Assembly (NCBI RefSeq): GCF_014280175.1
Contig: NZ_CP047931.1
Location: 270,001-302,000, forward strand
Length of the DNA stretch: 32,000 nt
Direction: 5' to 3'
Source of the DNA: Synechococcus sp. A15-28
Lineage (GTDB): Bacteria; Cyanobacteriota; Cyanobacteriia; PCC-6307; Cyanobiaceae
Shown here: positions 1 through 10,136 of the stretch, piece after piece
How positions within the stretch are numbered: position 1 is the first letter of the stretch
How the letters are laid out: each line of letters opens with the position of its first letter
The notes under the pieces: model-generated
Seen by the model: only the letters and a program-made list of their open reading frames with translations
Told to the model about the DNA's origin: nothing
The model's database searches: none
Made by a program: the position numbers and the translations under genes

Positions 1-727
1 GCGTGGCCATGGCCATGGCTCGCTCGATCAACGGCATCAGCTGCTGCTTGAGGCTGGTGTCCACGGCGCTGGTGTCCGGCGGAAGCAGCAGGGGTGCAGG
101 CTCGGGCTGACGTCCGCTCAGGGCTGGTTGCCCGATGCTGTCGAGGGCATTGACATAGCGATTGAGCTGGTTCTGCTCCGCCAGCATTCCTTCGACGAGC
201 GGGCGATGTTCGCTGCTGCTTTCGAGCCGCCTCAGCAGCAACTGGGCGTAGGTGCGCAGCGCTGAGAGGGGATTGCGCAGCTGATGAACCATGGTGCGCA
301 GCTGGGTTTGCTGCTGATCCAAGGCACTGCGCAGCTGAAGGCATTCGAGGTCTGTCGCCAGCCCATGACTGAGGGCAGCAGCGCCATCCCGCAGTTGCTG
401 GTCCCGTTGCGGATGCCACGCTTCGGCAGGGCCAAGGTCGGCGCGCAGGGCTCCCAGGATCAGGTCCCCATCGCGTAAGGGGTACCAGCGGCGCTCCTGA
501 GCTGGACGCCGCAGCTCGGGATCCGCATCGGCGGGGGGAAGTGATCGATCTGCAGCCGACACCTGTCGAATCAGAAAAAGGGGGGGGTGGTCCTTGTCCC
601 CTGTCTGGCTGATGTAGAGGGCGAGATGCTGGTAGCCGTGGTTTCGGTTTAGTTGCTCCAGCTGCTGCTCCGCAAAGGTCAGGAAGCGTTCCGTCAGCTG
701 CAATGGGCCAGGTGGGCGGATGGACAC
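1..727 (-). CDS. Sensor histidine kinase, C-terminus cut off by window edge
   Basis: Reverse-strand frame open from a probable GTG (~727) to the window edge; contains H-box-like TMVHQLRNPLSALRTYAQLLLRRLE preceded by a variable sensory N-terminal region. Confidence 0.8.
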   Translation of the reverse strand, partial: MSIRPPGPLQLTERFLTFAEQQLEQLNRNHGYQHLALYISQTGDKDHPPLFLIRQVSAADRSLPPADADPELRRPAQERRWYPLRDGDLILGALRADLGPAEAWHPQRDQQLRDGAAALSHGLATDLECLQLRSALDQQQTQLRTMVHQLRNPLSALRTYAQLLLRRLESSSEHRPLVEGMLAEQNQLNRYVNALDSIGQPALSGRQPEPAPLLLPPDTSAVDTSLKQQLMPLIERAMAMAT

Positions 728-1080
728 AGAGCCACGGAGCAATGGTTAAGGGGACTTGAAAATTCTAGGAAAAGTCTTAATATCCATTTATAGACCGGTC
801 CGCTGTTCGTCAAGAGCAGACGCCCGCCAACCCTTGTATCGGTTGCATTTCTGTTGCGACCAAAGTTACAGCAGAGGCTGAAGCGTTCTTTGCTGGGTGC
901 CGTTTCCGGCATCGCCATTGGTGTTGGTGATCTTCTGAATGGCTGAGGGTTGCCCGCAGCCGTTGCATGACGCGGTCTGAAGACGCCTTTGCGTCGACCA
1001 GCCCCAGGTAATGACGGAAGGTTTCGGCCTCTCCGGTCCCCTTCTCTCTTCTCTTACTCACTGTTCACCGGAGTTCGACC

Positions 1081-1449
1081 ATGTCCAAAAAGCGCAAGCG
1101 CATCAGCCGCCGTCGTCTGGCGGGGCAACGGGTCCTCGCCCATGTGTCCACCCATCACCTGGAAACCGGTGAGTACAAGCCCGTAACGGCAGCCCGCCGT
1201 TACATCGCAGAGGCCGGATTGGTGCCTCCTGCTCTGCTCAATGTGCGTCGCAACGAACACACCACCGATCGCTTCTTCTGGGGCGAGAAGGGTTTGTTCA
1301 GCGCTCAGTACGCCGAAGAAAATCACTTTCTCTTCCCCTCCTTGCGCACCATCGTCGATTCGATCGGTGAAGACACCCTGTTCGAAGGGCTTGATTTCGC
1401 CGCCGATGATTGGGAGGAGATGGAAGAGTACGAATACGCCTTCGTTTGA
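1081..1449 (+). CDS. DUF3155 family conserved cyanobacterial protein
   Basis: 122 aa ORF, basic N-terminus MSKKRKRISRRRLAGQRVL, followed by ETGEYKPVTAARRYIAE and an acidic C-terminus; GGAG ribosome-binding site just upstream. Confidence 0.8.
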   Translation: MSKKRKRISRRRLAGQRVLAHVSTHHLETGEYKPVTAARRYIAEAGLVPPALLNVRRNEHTTDRFFWGEKGLFSAQYAEENHFLFPSLRTIVDSIGEDTLFEGLDFAADDWEEMEEYEYAFV

Positions 1450-1450
1450 A

Positions 1451-2020
1451 TCAGGACCCAGCGAGGATCTGGTTCAGAAACGACGCCAACGGTTGCATCA
1501 TCTCCTCTGGGATGGTGTGACCGTTTTCAAATGTGATGGTCCAACAGCGGTCGGGCTGAAGACGTTCAGCGATGGCATCCAAGGCGTTTTGCGGCACGAT
1601 CGTGTCCTGAAGGCCATGCATCGCCAGCACATGGGGATGGTGCGCCGGGGGCTGCCAGTCGGGGTGGGGGTAGCCGCTGCAGGAGATCACCCCAGCAATG
1701 GGTAGGTTGCAGCCGCAGTGGAGTGCCATGGCGCCGCCCTGGGAGAAACCCAGCAACACGGTGCGGCCCATCGGTGCTCCTTGGCTGCTGATCGTCTGCA
1801 GCCGCCGCTGAAGCGCCTCGATGGCTGATGGCACGGCGTCCCAGTCGGCAGGGAAGAGGCCATACCACTGGCGGCCGGGTGGTTGCGGATGGAGGTGGGG
1901 AGCCTCCAGCGCCATCACTTCCATGGAGTGATCCATGGCGTTGGCGAGGGATCGCCCCAGTGGTTCCAGATCATCGGCCGTGGCCCCCCAGCCGTGAAGC
2001 AACACCAGGCGACTGTTCAT
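1451..2020 (-). CDS. Alpha/beta hydrolase (phospholipase/carboxylesterase family)
   Basis: 189 aa; [16 protein letters not shown], nucleophile elbow [21 protein letters not shown], and FENGHTIP catalytic His region. Confidence 0.85.
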   Translation of the reverse strand: MNSRLVLLHGWGATADDLEPLGRSLANAMDHSMEVMALEAPHLHPQPPGRQWYGLFPADWDAVPSAIEALQRRLQTISSQGAPMGRTVLLGFSQGGAMALHCGCNLPIAGVISCSGYPHPDWQPPAHHPHVLAMHGLQDTIVPQNALDAIAERLQPDRCWTITFENGHTIPEEMMQPLASFLNQILAGS

Positions 2021-2078
2021 CCGTTGTCCCGTAACCCTGCTGCGTAGGTTGGCTCAGGACCCAGTCGTCTCGAAATCC

Positions 2079-3629
2079 ATGGCTCCTTTTGCGCTGCTGA
2101 GCGTGTCCGACAAAAACGGCATCGTGCCGCTGGCGGAAACGTTGCATCGCACCCATGGATATCAGCTTCTCTCCAGCGGTGGGACCGCCAAAGTTCTGGA
2201 GGATGCCGGTCTCCCCGTGACCCGCGTGTCCGAGCACACCGGAGCTCCTGAGATTCTTGGCGGTCGGGTGAAGACGCTGCACCCCCGGGTGCATGGCGGA
2301 ATCCTCGCCAAGCGAGGGGATGCAGCCCATCAGGCTGATCTCGAGCAGCAGGGCATCCCCGCCATCGATCTGGTGGTGGTGAATCTTTACCCCTTCCGGG
2401 AAACGGTGGCCAAGCCTGATGTCACCTGGAGTCAGGCCATCGAGAACATCGACATCGGGGGGCCGGCGATGGTTCGTGCCGCCGCGAAGAACCATGCCGA
2501 TGTGGCGGTGCTCACCAGCCCTGACCAATACGACCGTCTGTTGACTGCCATGTCGGAGACGGGCGGGAGCGTGCCTTCAGAGCTGCGGCGCCAGCTGGCC
2601 CTCGAGGCGTTTCAGCACACCGCTGCTTACGACAGCGCGATCAGCCGTTGGATGGCTGCCGAGGTCGAGCTTGAATCCAGCCCCTGGCTTGAGGCGTTGC
2701 CCCTGCGCCAGACCCTGCGTTACGGGGAGAATCCACACCAGAAGGCGCGCTGGTTCAGCCATCCCCGTCAGGGTTGGGGAGGCGCGATTCAGCTGCAGGG
2801 CAAGGAGCTCAGCACCAACAATCTGTTGGATCTGGAGAATGCCTTGGCCACGGTGCGCGAGTTTGGCTACGGCCCGAACGCCGTTGGACCGGCTGCGGTG
2901 GTGGTCAAGCACACCAATCCCTGTGGTGTGGCGGTGGGACCGGCCGTGGCTTCTGCCCTGACTCGAGCGCTGGATGCTGATCGCGTCAGTGCCTTTGGTG
3001 GCATCGTGGCGATCAACGGTCCTGTGGAGGCCGCTGCAGCAAGGGAACTCACCACGTTGTTCCTGGAATGCGTGGTGGCACCAACCTTCTCTCCGGAAGC
3101 CAGAGAAATTCTCGCCGCCAAGGCCAATCTCAGGCTTCTGGAGTTGTCGCCGGAGGCTATCGCCGCTGCGGGCCCCGACCATGTCCGCAGCATCCTTGGG
3201 GGCTTGTTGGTCCAGGACCTCGATGACCAAGCCATCACTCCCGATCAGTGGACGGTGGCGACCCAGAGGCCACCCACCGCGCAGGAAAAGCAGGATCTCG
3301 AATTCGCCTGGCGTTTGGTGCGGCATGTGCGCTCCAACGCCATTGTTGTGGCAAAGGATGGACAGAGCCTTGGGGTGGGTGCCGGCCAGATGAATCGCGT
3401 GGGCTCAGCGCGGATTGCCCTGGAGGCGGCAGGCAATCAAGCCAAGGGAGCCGTTCTCGCCAGTGATGGCTTCTTCCCCTTTGACGACACGGTGCGTCTG
3501 GCAGCCAGCCACGGCATCTCCGCCGTGATTCATCCCGGCGGGAGCATGCGCGATGGCGATTCGATCAAGGCCTGCGACGAGCTCGGTCTGGCGATGCAGC
3601 TCACCGGACGCCGCCATTTTCTGCACTGA
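2079..3629 (+). CDS. purH: Bifunctional AICAR formyltransferase/IMP cyclohydrolase
   Basis: 516 aa from ATG at 2079; [86 protein letters not shown]. Confidence 0.97.
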   Translation: MAPFALLSVSDKNGIVPLAETLHRTHGYQLLSSGGTAKVLEDAGLPVTRVSEHTGAPEILGGRVKTLHPRVHGGILAKRGDAAHQADLEQQGIPAIDLVVVNLYPFRETVAKPDVTWSQAIENIDIGGPAMVRAAAKNHADVAVLTSPDQYDRLLTAMSETGGSVPSELRRQLALEAFQHTAAYDSAISRWMAAEVELESSPWLEALPLRQTLRYGENPHQKARWFSHPRQGWGGAIQLQGKELSTNNLLDLENALATVREFGYGPNAVGPAAVVVKHTNPCGVAVGPAVASALTRALDADRVSAFGGIVAINGPVEAAAARELTTLFLECVVAPTFSPEAREILAAKANLRLLELSPEAIAAAGPDHVRSILGGLLVQDLDDQAITPDQWTVATQRPPTAQEKQDLEFAWRLVRHVRSNAIVVAKDGQSLGVGAGQMNRVGSARIALEAAGNQAKGAVLASDGFFPFDDTVRLAASHGISAVIHPGGSMRDGDSIKACDELGLAMQLTGRRHFLH

Positions 3630-3636
3630 CGCTGGT

Positions 3637-3653
3637 GGGGGCCGCCGGCCCCC
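3637..3653. terminator. GC-rich hairpin after purH, possible intrinsic terminator lacking a T-tract
   Basis: GGGGGCC-GCC-GGCCCCC perfect 7-bp stem just after the purH stop; no poly-T. Confidence 0.4.
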
Positions 3654-3683
3654 TAGCCTCGCAACACTGAAGAGTTCCCTTCG

Positions 3684-4142
3684 ATGCTGGCCACCCTTCC
3701 TTTCGCCCTTAACTTCGCGCATCCCCTCACCGAATGGGGCCTGTTGGCCATGGGTGGCTGGGCTCTCTACCTGGGGATCAAGGCCAAGAAAACCCGTACC
3801 GGGACGCCAGAGCAGCGCAAGGAACTGGTCAAGGGCAAATTCGCTCAGCGTCACTACCTCTGGGGAAGCATCCTGCTGGCGGTTATGACCGTGGGCACCC
3901 TTGGAGGCATGGCGGTGACCTACCTGAACAACGGCAAGCTGTTCGTCGGACCTCACCTGCTGGTGGGTCTGGCCATGACCGGGATGATCGCCGTGGCTGC
4001 GTCCCTGTCACCGCTGATGCAACGGGGCAACATGATTGCCCGTAAGGCCCACGTTGGTTTGAACATGGGCACGCTCACCCTGTTCCTCTGGCAGGCGGTC
4101 AGCGGAATGGAGATCGTCAACAAGATTTGGGCCAACCGCTGA
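3684..4142 (+). CDS. DUF4079 family membrane protein
   Basis: 152 aa; several hydrophobic segments with HPLTEWGLLAMGGWALYLGIKAKKTR, FAQRHYLWGSILL and ARKAHVGLNMGTLTLFLWQAVSG typical of the cyanobacterial family. Confidence 0.8.
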   Translation: MLATLPFALNFAHPLTEWGLLAMGGWALYLGIKAKKTRTGTPEQRKELVKGKFAQRHYLWGSILLAVMTVGTLGGMAVTYLNNGKLFVGPHLLVGLAMTGMIAVAASLSPLMQRGNMIARKAHVGLNMGTLTLFLWQAVSGMEIVNKIWANR

Positions 4143-4150
4143 CGACGGAT

Positions 4151-4759
4151 TCAGAACGCTGCCCGTCGCCGGGGCGGGCAGTCGAGACCATGGCTGGCAT
4201 GGAAATCCTCCTGCACTTTCCAGGTCAGTCGCCTTGAGATCTGCCGGACGATCTGGCGCAGCAGATGGTCCCCACTCGATTGCACCAGTTGTTCGGGCAG
4301 CATCGTGATCACCTTGGGAAGTCGGATCCAGACGCTGAGGTCGAGGTCCCACTGAACGGAGGTCGTGGAGCTCTGGTCGATCAGCTGCATGGAGGCTTGA
4401 AAGTCCACGTCGTAGTGGTCGCGTAAGACGAGCGAATGAGGAACCGTCCGCACGGTCTCGATGCGATAAAGCTGAGCGTCCTCGGGCAGCAGACGCAGAG
4501 CGATGGTCGGTTCCACCTCAAAACCGAAGTTGCCGAAGCGTCCGAGCGTCAGCGCATAGGACTGCTGATCGAGCGCCGAAACCTGCATCGGCTGCGCACA
4601 GCGCTCGAACCATCGCTGGTGATCGTTGAGATAGGACACCACCTCAGTCGTGGATGCCAGCATCTCCATCTGATCGGAGAAGCCGCTGCGGTAGCAACGC
4701 ACTTGCGGGTCCGAACCATGAAGCAGGTTGTCGGGATCGGAGCGCGACAAAAGCAGCAC
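4151..4759 (-). CDS. DUF1997 family protein
   Basis: 202 aa; YLNDHQRWFERCAQPMQV, LTLGRFGNFGFEVEPTIALRL and C-terminal RLTWKVQEDFHASHG resemble cyanobacterial/plant DUF1997 proteins. Confidence 0.75.
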   Translation of the reverse strand: MLLLSRSDPDNLLHGSDPQVRCYRSGFSDQMEMLASTTEVVSYLNDHQRWFERCAQPMQVSALDQQSYALTLGRFGNFGFEVEPTIALRLLPEDAQLYRIETVRTVPHSLVLRDHYDVDFQASMQLIDQSSTTSVQWDLDLSVWIRLPKVITMLPEQLVQSSGDHLLRQIVRQISRRLTWKVQEDFHASHGLDCPPRRRAAF

Positions 4760-4812
4760 AGAGCGGATTGAAAGGGATCAGGTCTTGTAAACCAATGTAA
4801 AGCTGAGCCGCA

Positions 4813-6012
4813 TCACCTTTCGCTGAGCCGCATCAGTTTTTCGATCACCTCTTCAACGGCCCGGTCCGGTGTGGAGGCGCCAGAGGTGATGCCAACGGTG
4901 ACTGGACCTGCCGGCAGAAAATCGGCCTCGCGACGAAGTTCCTCGGTCAGGGGCTTGTGCTCGATCGCATTGGCCCCGGCATCAAGGCGATCCGGTGTGT
5001 CGATGTGAAACGAGCGAATCCCGCGGCTGACGGCGATCTCCTGCAGGTGTGTGGTATTGGAGGAGTTGAAACCGCCGATCACCACCATCAGATCCAAAGG
5101 TTCGTCCACGAGGGAGAACATCGCGTCCTGACGCTCCTGGGTGGCATCGCAGATGGTGTTGAAGGCCACGAAATGGTCGTTGAGGTCGGCTGGGCCGTAC
5201 TTGCTCAGCATCGTGCGTTCAAACAGGCGACCGATCTCTTCGGTTTCGCTCTTGAGCATCGTGGTCTGGTTGGCCACGCCCAGGCGCGACAGATCGCGGT
5301 CCGGGTCGAAGCCAGGGGAGCAGGCGGCCGAAAAGCGCTGCATGAAGGCGTCACGGTCGCCTTTGCCAAGGATGTAGTCCGCCACGATCTGGGCTTCCTC
5401 CATGTCCAGAACCACGAGGTAGGTCCCGGCAAAAGAGCTGGTGGCGAGGGTTTCCTCGTGCTTCACCTTGCCGTGGATGATCGAGGTGATCGTGTGCTTC
5501 TTGTGCTTCTCCACCGTGGTCCACACCTTGGAGACCCAGGGGCAGGTGGTGTCCACGATGTGGCAGCCCCGTTCATTGAGCAGCTGCATCTCCTGAACGG
5601 TGGCGCCGAAGGCGGGAAGGATCACCACATCACCGGAGGTGACGCCAGAGAAATCCTTGACGCCTTGTTCAACGGGAATGAACTGAACATCCATCTCGCG
5701 CAGATGGTCGTTCACGGAGGGGTTGTGGATGATCTCGTTAGTGATCCAAAGGCGCTCCGCCGGGTAGTGCTTGCGGGTCTCGTAGGCCATGGCCACGGCG
5801 CGTTCCACCCCCCAGCAGAAGCCGAAGGCCTCGGCCAGACGAACCGTGAGCCGGCCATGACTGAGCTTGTAGCCGTTGTCTCGGATGGTGCCGATCAAGC
5901 CGCTCTGATAGGCCTGCTCAAGGCTTTCAGCCACCTCCTCAGCCCGTCCGAAGCCCCGCCGGTTGTAGCGCTCGGAGTGGTGCAGGGAGCGCTTGAAGGC
6001 GTGGGTGTCCAT
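4813..6012 (-). CDS. ispH: 4-hydroxy-3-methylbut-2-enyl diphosphate reductase
   Basis: 399 aa; [81 protein letters not shown]. Confidence 0.97.
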   Translation of the reverse strand: MDTHAFKRSLHHSERYNRRGFGRAEEVAESLEQAYQSGLIGTIRDNGYKLSHGRLTVRLAEAFGFCWGVERAVAMAYETRKHYPAERLWITNEIIHNPSVNDHLREMDVQFIPVEQGVKDFSGVTSGDVVILPAFGATVQEMQLLNERGCHIVDTTCPWVSKVWTTVEKHKKHTITSIIHGKVKHEETLATSSFAGTYLVVLDMEEAQIVADYILGKGDRDAFMQRFSAACSPGFDPDRDLSRLGVANQTTMLKSETEEIGRLFERTMLSKYGPADLNDHFVAFNTICDATQERQDAMFSLVDEPLDLMVVIGGFNSSNTTHLQEIAVSRGIRSFHIDTPDRLDAGANAIEHKPLTEELRREADFLPAGPVTVGITSGASTPDRAVEEVIEKLMRLSER

Positions 6013-6066
6013 GGAGGGCGCTGCAATGTGATGACTCTATGGGGCCTGCTGCGGTCAGCAGGCCAT

Positions 6067-6093
6067 AAAAAAGCCCGGCCCTCAGGGCCGGGC
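6067..6093 (-). terminator. Intrinsic terminator downstream of amt
   Basis: On the minus strand: GCCCGGCCC-TGA-GGGCCGGGC (9-bp perfect stem) followed by TTTTTT; 24 nt after the amt stop. Confidence 0.92.
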
Positions 6094-6116
6094 AGTGAAC
6101 TGAAACTTGAATGGAA

Positions 6117-7616
6117 TCAGTTGTTGGTGGTGGAGAAGCCGGCGTAGGCCTCCATGCCGTGCTCGCCGATGTCCAGACCTTCGGTCTCTTCCTGCTCGGT
6201 GACGCGGATGCCACCGAACAGTGCACCGATGATCTGCCAGGCGATGAAACAGGTCACCACGGTCCAGATGGCGTAGGCCGCGGTACCCAGGGCCTGGATG
6301 CCGAGTTGTTCGATGCCGCCACCGACCAGCAGGCCGAGGGGGGAGCCATCACCCTGGACATCGAAGCCCCAGAGGCCGATCACCAGGGTGCCCCAGACGC
6401 CGCACACGCCGTGGACGGAGAAGGCGCCCACGGGATCGTCGATGCCCGAGGCATCCAGAGCGGCCACGGAGAAGACGACGATGATGCCGCCCACGAGGCC
6501 GGCGAACCAGGATCCCGCCAGGGTGAGGTTGCCGCAACCGGCGGTCACGCTCACCAGACCGGCCAGGATGCCGTTGATGATCATGGTCAGGTCAGGCTTC
6601 TTGGAGGTGATCGTGGAGATCACGGTGGCGCCGATGGCACCGCCTGCAGCGCCCAGGGTGGTGGTCACGGCCACATAGGGAACCCATTGGTCCATGGCCA
6701 GCTGGGAACCGGGGTTGAAGCCATACCAGCCGATCCAGAGGATCAGAGCGCCGAGGGTGGCGATGGACATGTTGTGGCCGGGGATGGCCTGAACCTTGCC
6801 GCCGACGTACTTGCCGATGCGGGGTCCGAGCAGGGCAGCACCCACCAGGCCAGCCCAGGCGCCGACGGAGTGCACGATCGACGAACCGGCGAAATCAATG
6901 AATTCGACGCTGCCAACGCTGTTGAGCCATCCACCGTTCCATTCCCAGCTGCCAGCAACGGGATAGATGAATGCGGTGAGCACCAGGGCGAAGATCACGA
7001 ATTCGCCGAACTTGATCCGCTCGGCCACCAGTCCGGACACGATCGTTGCGGCAGTGCCCGCAAAGGCCGCCTGGAACAGGAAATCAACGGTGGGGACCAG
7101 GCCGGCGTCGCTGATGGTCTCAGCGGTGACGGTTGGATCAAAGAAAAGCCCGCCGAAGTACAGCCATCCATCAATGGCGGCATCGCCGTACATGAAGGAG
7201 TAGCCGACAAACCAGTAGGCGGTCACCGCGAGGGCGAACACAAACAGGTTCTTGGCAAGGATATTGACGGCATTCTTCTGCCGGCACATGCCCGCTTCCA
7301 CCATGGCGAAGCCGGCGTTCATAAAGATCACCAGGATGGTGGCCACCAGAAGCCAGAGGTTGTTGGCGAGGAAGGCTGCGTTGAGGTCCGGCAGCTCTTC
7401 GGCCTTGGCCGACAGCGTGAAGATGCCCAGGCCCATGAGCGCCAGGGGCGCGCAGGCGAGCCAGGTCATGGCGCGGTTGGAACTGAAGCCCCGGATGCTC
7501 TTGATCAGCATCAGGGGAGCTTCCAGGAGGTTGGCCTCCTGCAAAGTTTTGCGGCGCCTCTCGGGAGGCGCCTGGAATGCAGTTGTCATGAACGAGATTG
7601 CAGAGCTGCGGGTCAT
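6117..7616 (-). CDS. amt1: Ammonium transporter, Amt family
   Basis: Signal-like N-terminus ending LSAKAEE, then AFLANNLWLLVATILVIFMNAGFAMVEAGMCR, DFAGSSIVHSVGAWAGLVGA, FNPGSQLA, LAGLVSVTAGC, GAFSVHGVCGVWGTL. The supplied ORF extends to 7655; an internal start (7616 or later) is preferred. Confidence 0.93.
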   Translation of the reverse strand: MTRSSAISFMTTAFQAPPERRRKTLQEANLLEAPLMLIKSIRGFSSNRAMTWLACAPLALMGLGIFTLSAKAEELPDLNAAFLANNLWLLVATILVIFMNAGFAMVEAGMCRQKNAVNILAKNLFVFALAVTAYWFVGYSFMYGDAAIDGWLYFGGLFFDPTVTAETISDAGLVPTVDFLFQAAFAGTAATIVSGLVAERIKFGEFVIFALVLTAFIYPVAGSWEWNGGWLNSVGSVEFIDFAGSSIVHSVGAWAGLVGAALLGPRIGKYVGGKVQAIPGHNMSIATLGALILWIGWYGFNPGSQLAMDQWVPYVAVTTTLGAAGGAIGATVISTITSKKPDLTMIINGILAGLVSVTAGCGNLTLAGSWFAGLVGGIIVVFSVAALDASGIDDPVGAFSVHGVCGVWGTLVIGLWGFDVQGDGSPLGLLVGGGIEQLGIQALGTAAYAIWTVVTCFIAWQIIGALFGGIRVTEQEETEGLDIGEHGMEAYAGFSTTNN

Positions 7617-7674
7617 GCCGGATGGTGTATCCGACTGAACGCACCCAAGTTGCATGGCCGACAGCCCCTCAATT

Positions 7675-7688
7675 GTTTGAGTTGATAC
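7675..7688 (-). promoter_or_regulatory. Candidate degenerate NtcA-binding site upstream of amt
   Basis: Minus strand reads GTATCAACTCAAAC (GTA-N8-AAC; consensus GTA-N8-TAC), followed 22 nt later by CAACTT at 7652..7647 (consensus TAN3T). Confidence 0.3.
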
Positions 7689-7694
7689 AAAATC

Positions 7695-8459
7695 TCAAAG
7701 TTGTTTTAAGGGCCTGACGCCCTCCCAGAGAATTCGATCGGGTAGGAAGCGGAAGCAGCAAGGCAGCACCTCCACGCCCGCTTGGAGTGCTTCGCGGAAC
7801 AGTTCTCCGTAGCGCGGATCAGCGCTGTCCCCCGGCGCGAACACCGTCACATCCGGGCGGCTCAGGCAGGGCACAAGCACTGCCCTGGCGTCAGGCAGCA
7901 CTCCCATCAGTTCCACCAGATGCTTCTGGCCGCGTTCGGTCACCGTGTCGGGGAACAGGGCTGTGGTGCCATCGGTCCAGGTGGTGTTTTTCACCTCGAG
8001 ATAGATCGGCCGTTGATCCGGATTGGAGTCGGCCGGGGTCAGCAGCAGATCGATGCGGCTGCGTTTGTTTTCTCCGTAGGCCACCTCGGCGCGGATGCGG
8101 GCGATCGGCCCCAGCTGACCCTCCAGGCAGCCCGCTTCGATCGTCGCCCGGATCAAGCGGTTGGGCAGCGCTGTGTTGATGCCCACCCAGCACGGTTCCT
8201 GGTCTGCTCCCGGCACCTCGGCTTGCTCCCAGGTCCAGGCGAGCTTGCGTTTGGGTGAGGGTGCATAGCGCAGCCGCACCCGCTGGCCTGGGAGCAACAC
8301 TCCGGTCATCGGGCCGGTGTTGGCGCAGTGGGCGGTGATCACCTCGCCACTGCTGAGTTCCACATCCGCCAGAAAGCGCTTGTAGCGCTTGATCAGCACG
8401 CCTTCTTGGAGCGCTTCGAAGCTGAGCAGGGCGTCGCTGGGGGTCGTGCAGCCGGTCAT
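7695..8459 (-). CDS. sfsA: SfsA family protein (sugar fermentation stimulation protein)
   Basis: 254 aa; RYKRFLADVEL, VTAHCANTGPMTGVL, GSRVRL-like VRLRYAPSPKRKLAWTWE, GVNTALPNRL, RSRIDLLL, YLEVKNTTW, FPDTVTERGQKHLVELM. Confidence 0.95.
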   Translation of the reverse strand: MTGCTTPSDALLSFEALQEGVLIKRYKRFLADVELSSGEVITAHCANTGPMTGVLLPGQRVRLRYAPSPKRKLAWTWEQAEVPGADQEPCWVGINTALPNRLIRATIEAGCLEGQLGPIARIRAEVAYGENKRSRIDLLLTPADSNPDQRPIYLEVKNTTWTDGTTALFPDTVTERGQKHLVELMGVLPDARAVLVPCLSRPDVTVFAPGDSADPRYGELFREALQAGVEVLPCCFRFLPDRILWEGVRPLKQL

Positions 8460-8528
8460 GGCTCTAGCCAGGGAGTGCCCATGGTCTCCTGTGCTCCCAC
8501 CACAATGCGGCCATCGTCTGGGGTCCGA

Positions 8529-10136
8529 ATGGCGCGTTCACTCAAGGGCATCGCACTGGTGGTGACCCTGGGCACGCTGCTCAGCAAGGTGGGGGGGCTG
8601 GTGCGGCAGCTGGTGATCGCGGCCGCCTTCGGTGTGGGCGCCGCCTACGACGCCTACAACTACGCCTATGTGCTGCCGGGGTTTCTGCTGATCCTGCTGG
8701 GGGGGATCAATGGCCCCTTCCACAGCGCCATGGTGAGTGTGCTGAGCCGCCGTCCCCGTGAGGAGGGTTCTCACATCCTGGCGGCCCTCAACACCAGTGT
8801 GAGTGCCTTGCTTCTTCTGGTCACACTGCTGCTGGTTTTGGCGGCTGATCCCCTGATCACCCTGGTGGGGCCGGGGTTGAGCCCGGAGCTCCATGCCATC
8901 GCCACCGTGCAGCTGCAGGTGATGGCACCGATGGCCCTGCTGGCTGGTCTGATCGGCCTTGGCTTCGGATCTCTGAATGCCGCAGATGAGTTCTGGATCC
9001 CGGCGATCTCTCCATTGATGTCCAGCGCTGCCCTGATCCTGGGTGTCGGACTGCTCTGGTGGCAGTTGGGAAGTGGAATCACGTTGCCGGCTGCGGCCAT
9101 GAGCGGCGGCGTGGTGCTGGCGCTGGCCACGCTGGTGGGGGCCGTGTTGCAGTGGCTGATTCAGCTGCCGGCGCTGATCCGTCAGGGACTGGCCCGGTTT
9201 CAGCTGGTGTGGGATTGGCGGCACCCGGGCGTGCGGGAGGTGTGGCAGGTGATGGGGCCAGCGACGCTGTCCTCCGGGATGCTGCAGATCAATGTGTTTA
9301 CCGATCTGTTCTTCGCCTCCGGAATCGTTGGTGCTGCAGCGGGTCTGGGTTACGCCAATCTGCTAGTGCAGACACCGCTGGGGCTGATTTCCAATGCCCT
9401 GTTGGTGCCCTTGCTGCCGACCTTTGCCCGTCTCACGGCAGTCGAGGATCGCCCCCAGCTGGTGGAGCGCATTCGCCAGGGGCTGATGCTCTCCACCGCG
9501 TCGATGATTCCTCTGGGGGGGCTGTTCATCGCCTTGGGGGCACCGATCGTGGCGCTCGTCTACGAACGCGGTGCGTTCGATGCCGCCGCGGCGCAGCTGG
9601 TCACCGGACTGTTGATGGCTTACGGCCTCGGGATGCCGGTGTATCTCGGCCGGGATGTGCTGGTGCGGGTCTTCTACGCCCTTGGTGATGGAGCCACACC
9701 GTTTCGGTTCTCGATGGCTGGGATCGGACTCAATGTGATCTTCGACTGGTTGCTGGTGGGTGGACCGACCCCCTGGGGCAACCAGTCACCCTTCAATTTC
9801 GGGGCACCAGGGCTGGTGCTGGCCACCGTGGCGATCAATGCCCTCACTTGCCTGGGCCTGACGATGGCCCTGCACCGTCGACTCCAGGGATTGCCCTTGC
9901 GCCGCTGGGGGCGCGATGTGGCGTGCCTGAGCCTGGCGGGCTGGATGGCGGCGACTGTGGCCTGGGCTCTGCAGGGTTGGCTCAGCTGGCCCCAGGGAGT
10001 GGTGGGTCTGGCCCTGCAGATCGCTGTGCCCGGCATGTTTGGATTTCTCGTGTATGGCCTGTTGGGAACCGCCTACGGCATCCCCGAGGTTCAGCAGATC
10101 GCGGCCGTGGTCGGACGCAGGCTCAGGCGTCGATGA
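8529..10136 (+). CDS. murJ: Lipid II flippase MurJ/MviN family
   Basis: ~535 aa multi-TM protein beginning MARSLKGIALVVTLGTLLSKVGGLVRQLVIAAAFG; GxxxDAYNYAY and PLLPTFARL; upstream ATG at 8481 also possible. Confidence 0.92.
   Translation: MARSLKGIALVVTLGTLLSKVGGLVRQLVIAAAFGVGAAYDAYNYAYVLPGFLLILLGGINGPFHSAMVSVLSRRPREEGSHILAALNTSVSALLLLVTLLLVLAADPLITLVGPGLSPELHAIATVQLQVMAPMALLAGLIGLGFGSLNAADEFWIPAISPLMSSAALILGVGLLWWQLGSGITLPAAAMSGGVVLALATLVGAVLQWLIQLPALIRQGLARFQLVWDWRHPGVREVWQVMGPATLSSGMLQINVFTDLFFASGIVGAAAGLGYANLLVQTPLGLISNALLVPLLPTFARLTAVEDRPQLVERIRQGLMLSTASMIPLGGLFIALGAPIVALVYERGAFDAAAAQLVTGLLMAYGLGMPVYLGRDVLVRVFYALGDGATPFRFSMAGIGLNVIFDWLLVGGPTPWGNQSPFNFGAPGLVLATVAINALTCLGLTMALHRRLQGLPLRRWGRDVACLSLAGWMAATVAWALQGWLSWPQGVVGLALQIAVPGMFGFLVYGLLGTAYGIPEVQQIAAVVGRRLRRR

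Noticed and set aside
810-1061. 83-aa minus-strand ORF in the 728..1080 gap as a confident gene
   Set aside because: Could be real, but has a GTG start, no recognised motif and lies over structured DNA; kept only as part of the intergenic-region finding.
2577-3326. 249-aa minus-strand ORF opposite purH
   Set aside because: Shadow ORF of PurH.
4957-6147. 396-aa plus-strand ORF opposite ispH
   Set aside because: Mirror ORF in GC-rich DNA; the opposite strand encodes a full IspH with all motifs, and this translation has low-complexity, unrecognisable composition.
6111-7685. 524-aa plus-strand ORF opposite amt
   Set aside because: Antisense shadow of a clear Amt transporter; composition (H/G/D/E-rich, no domains) typical of spurious frames.
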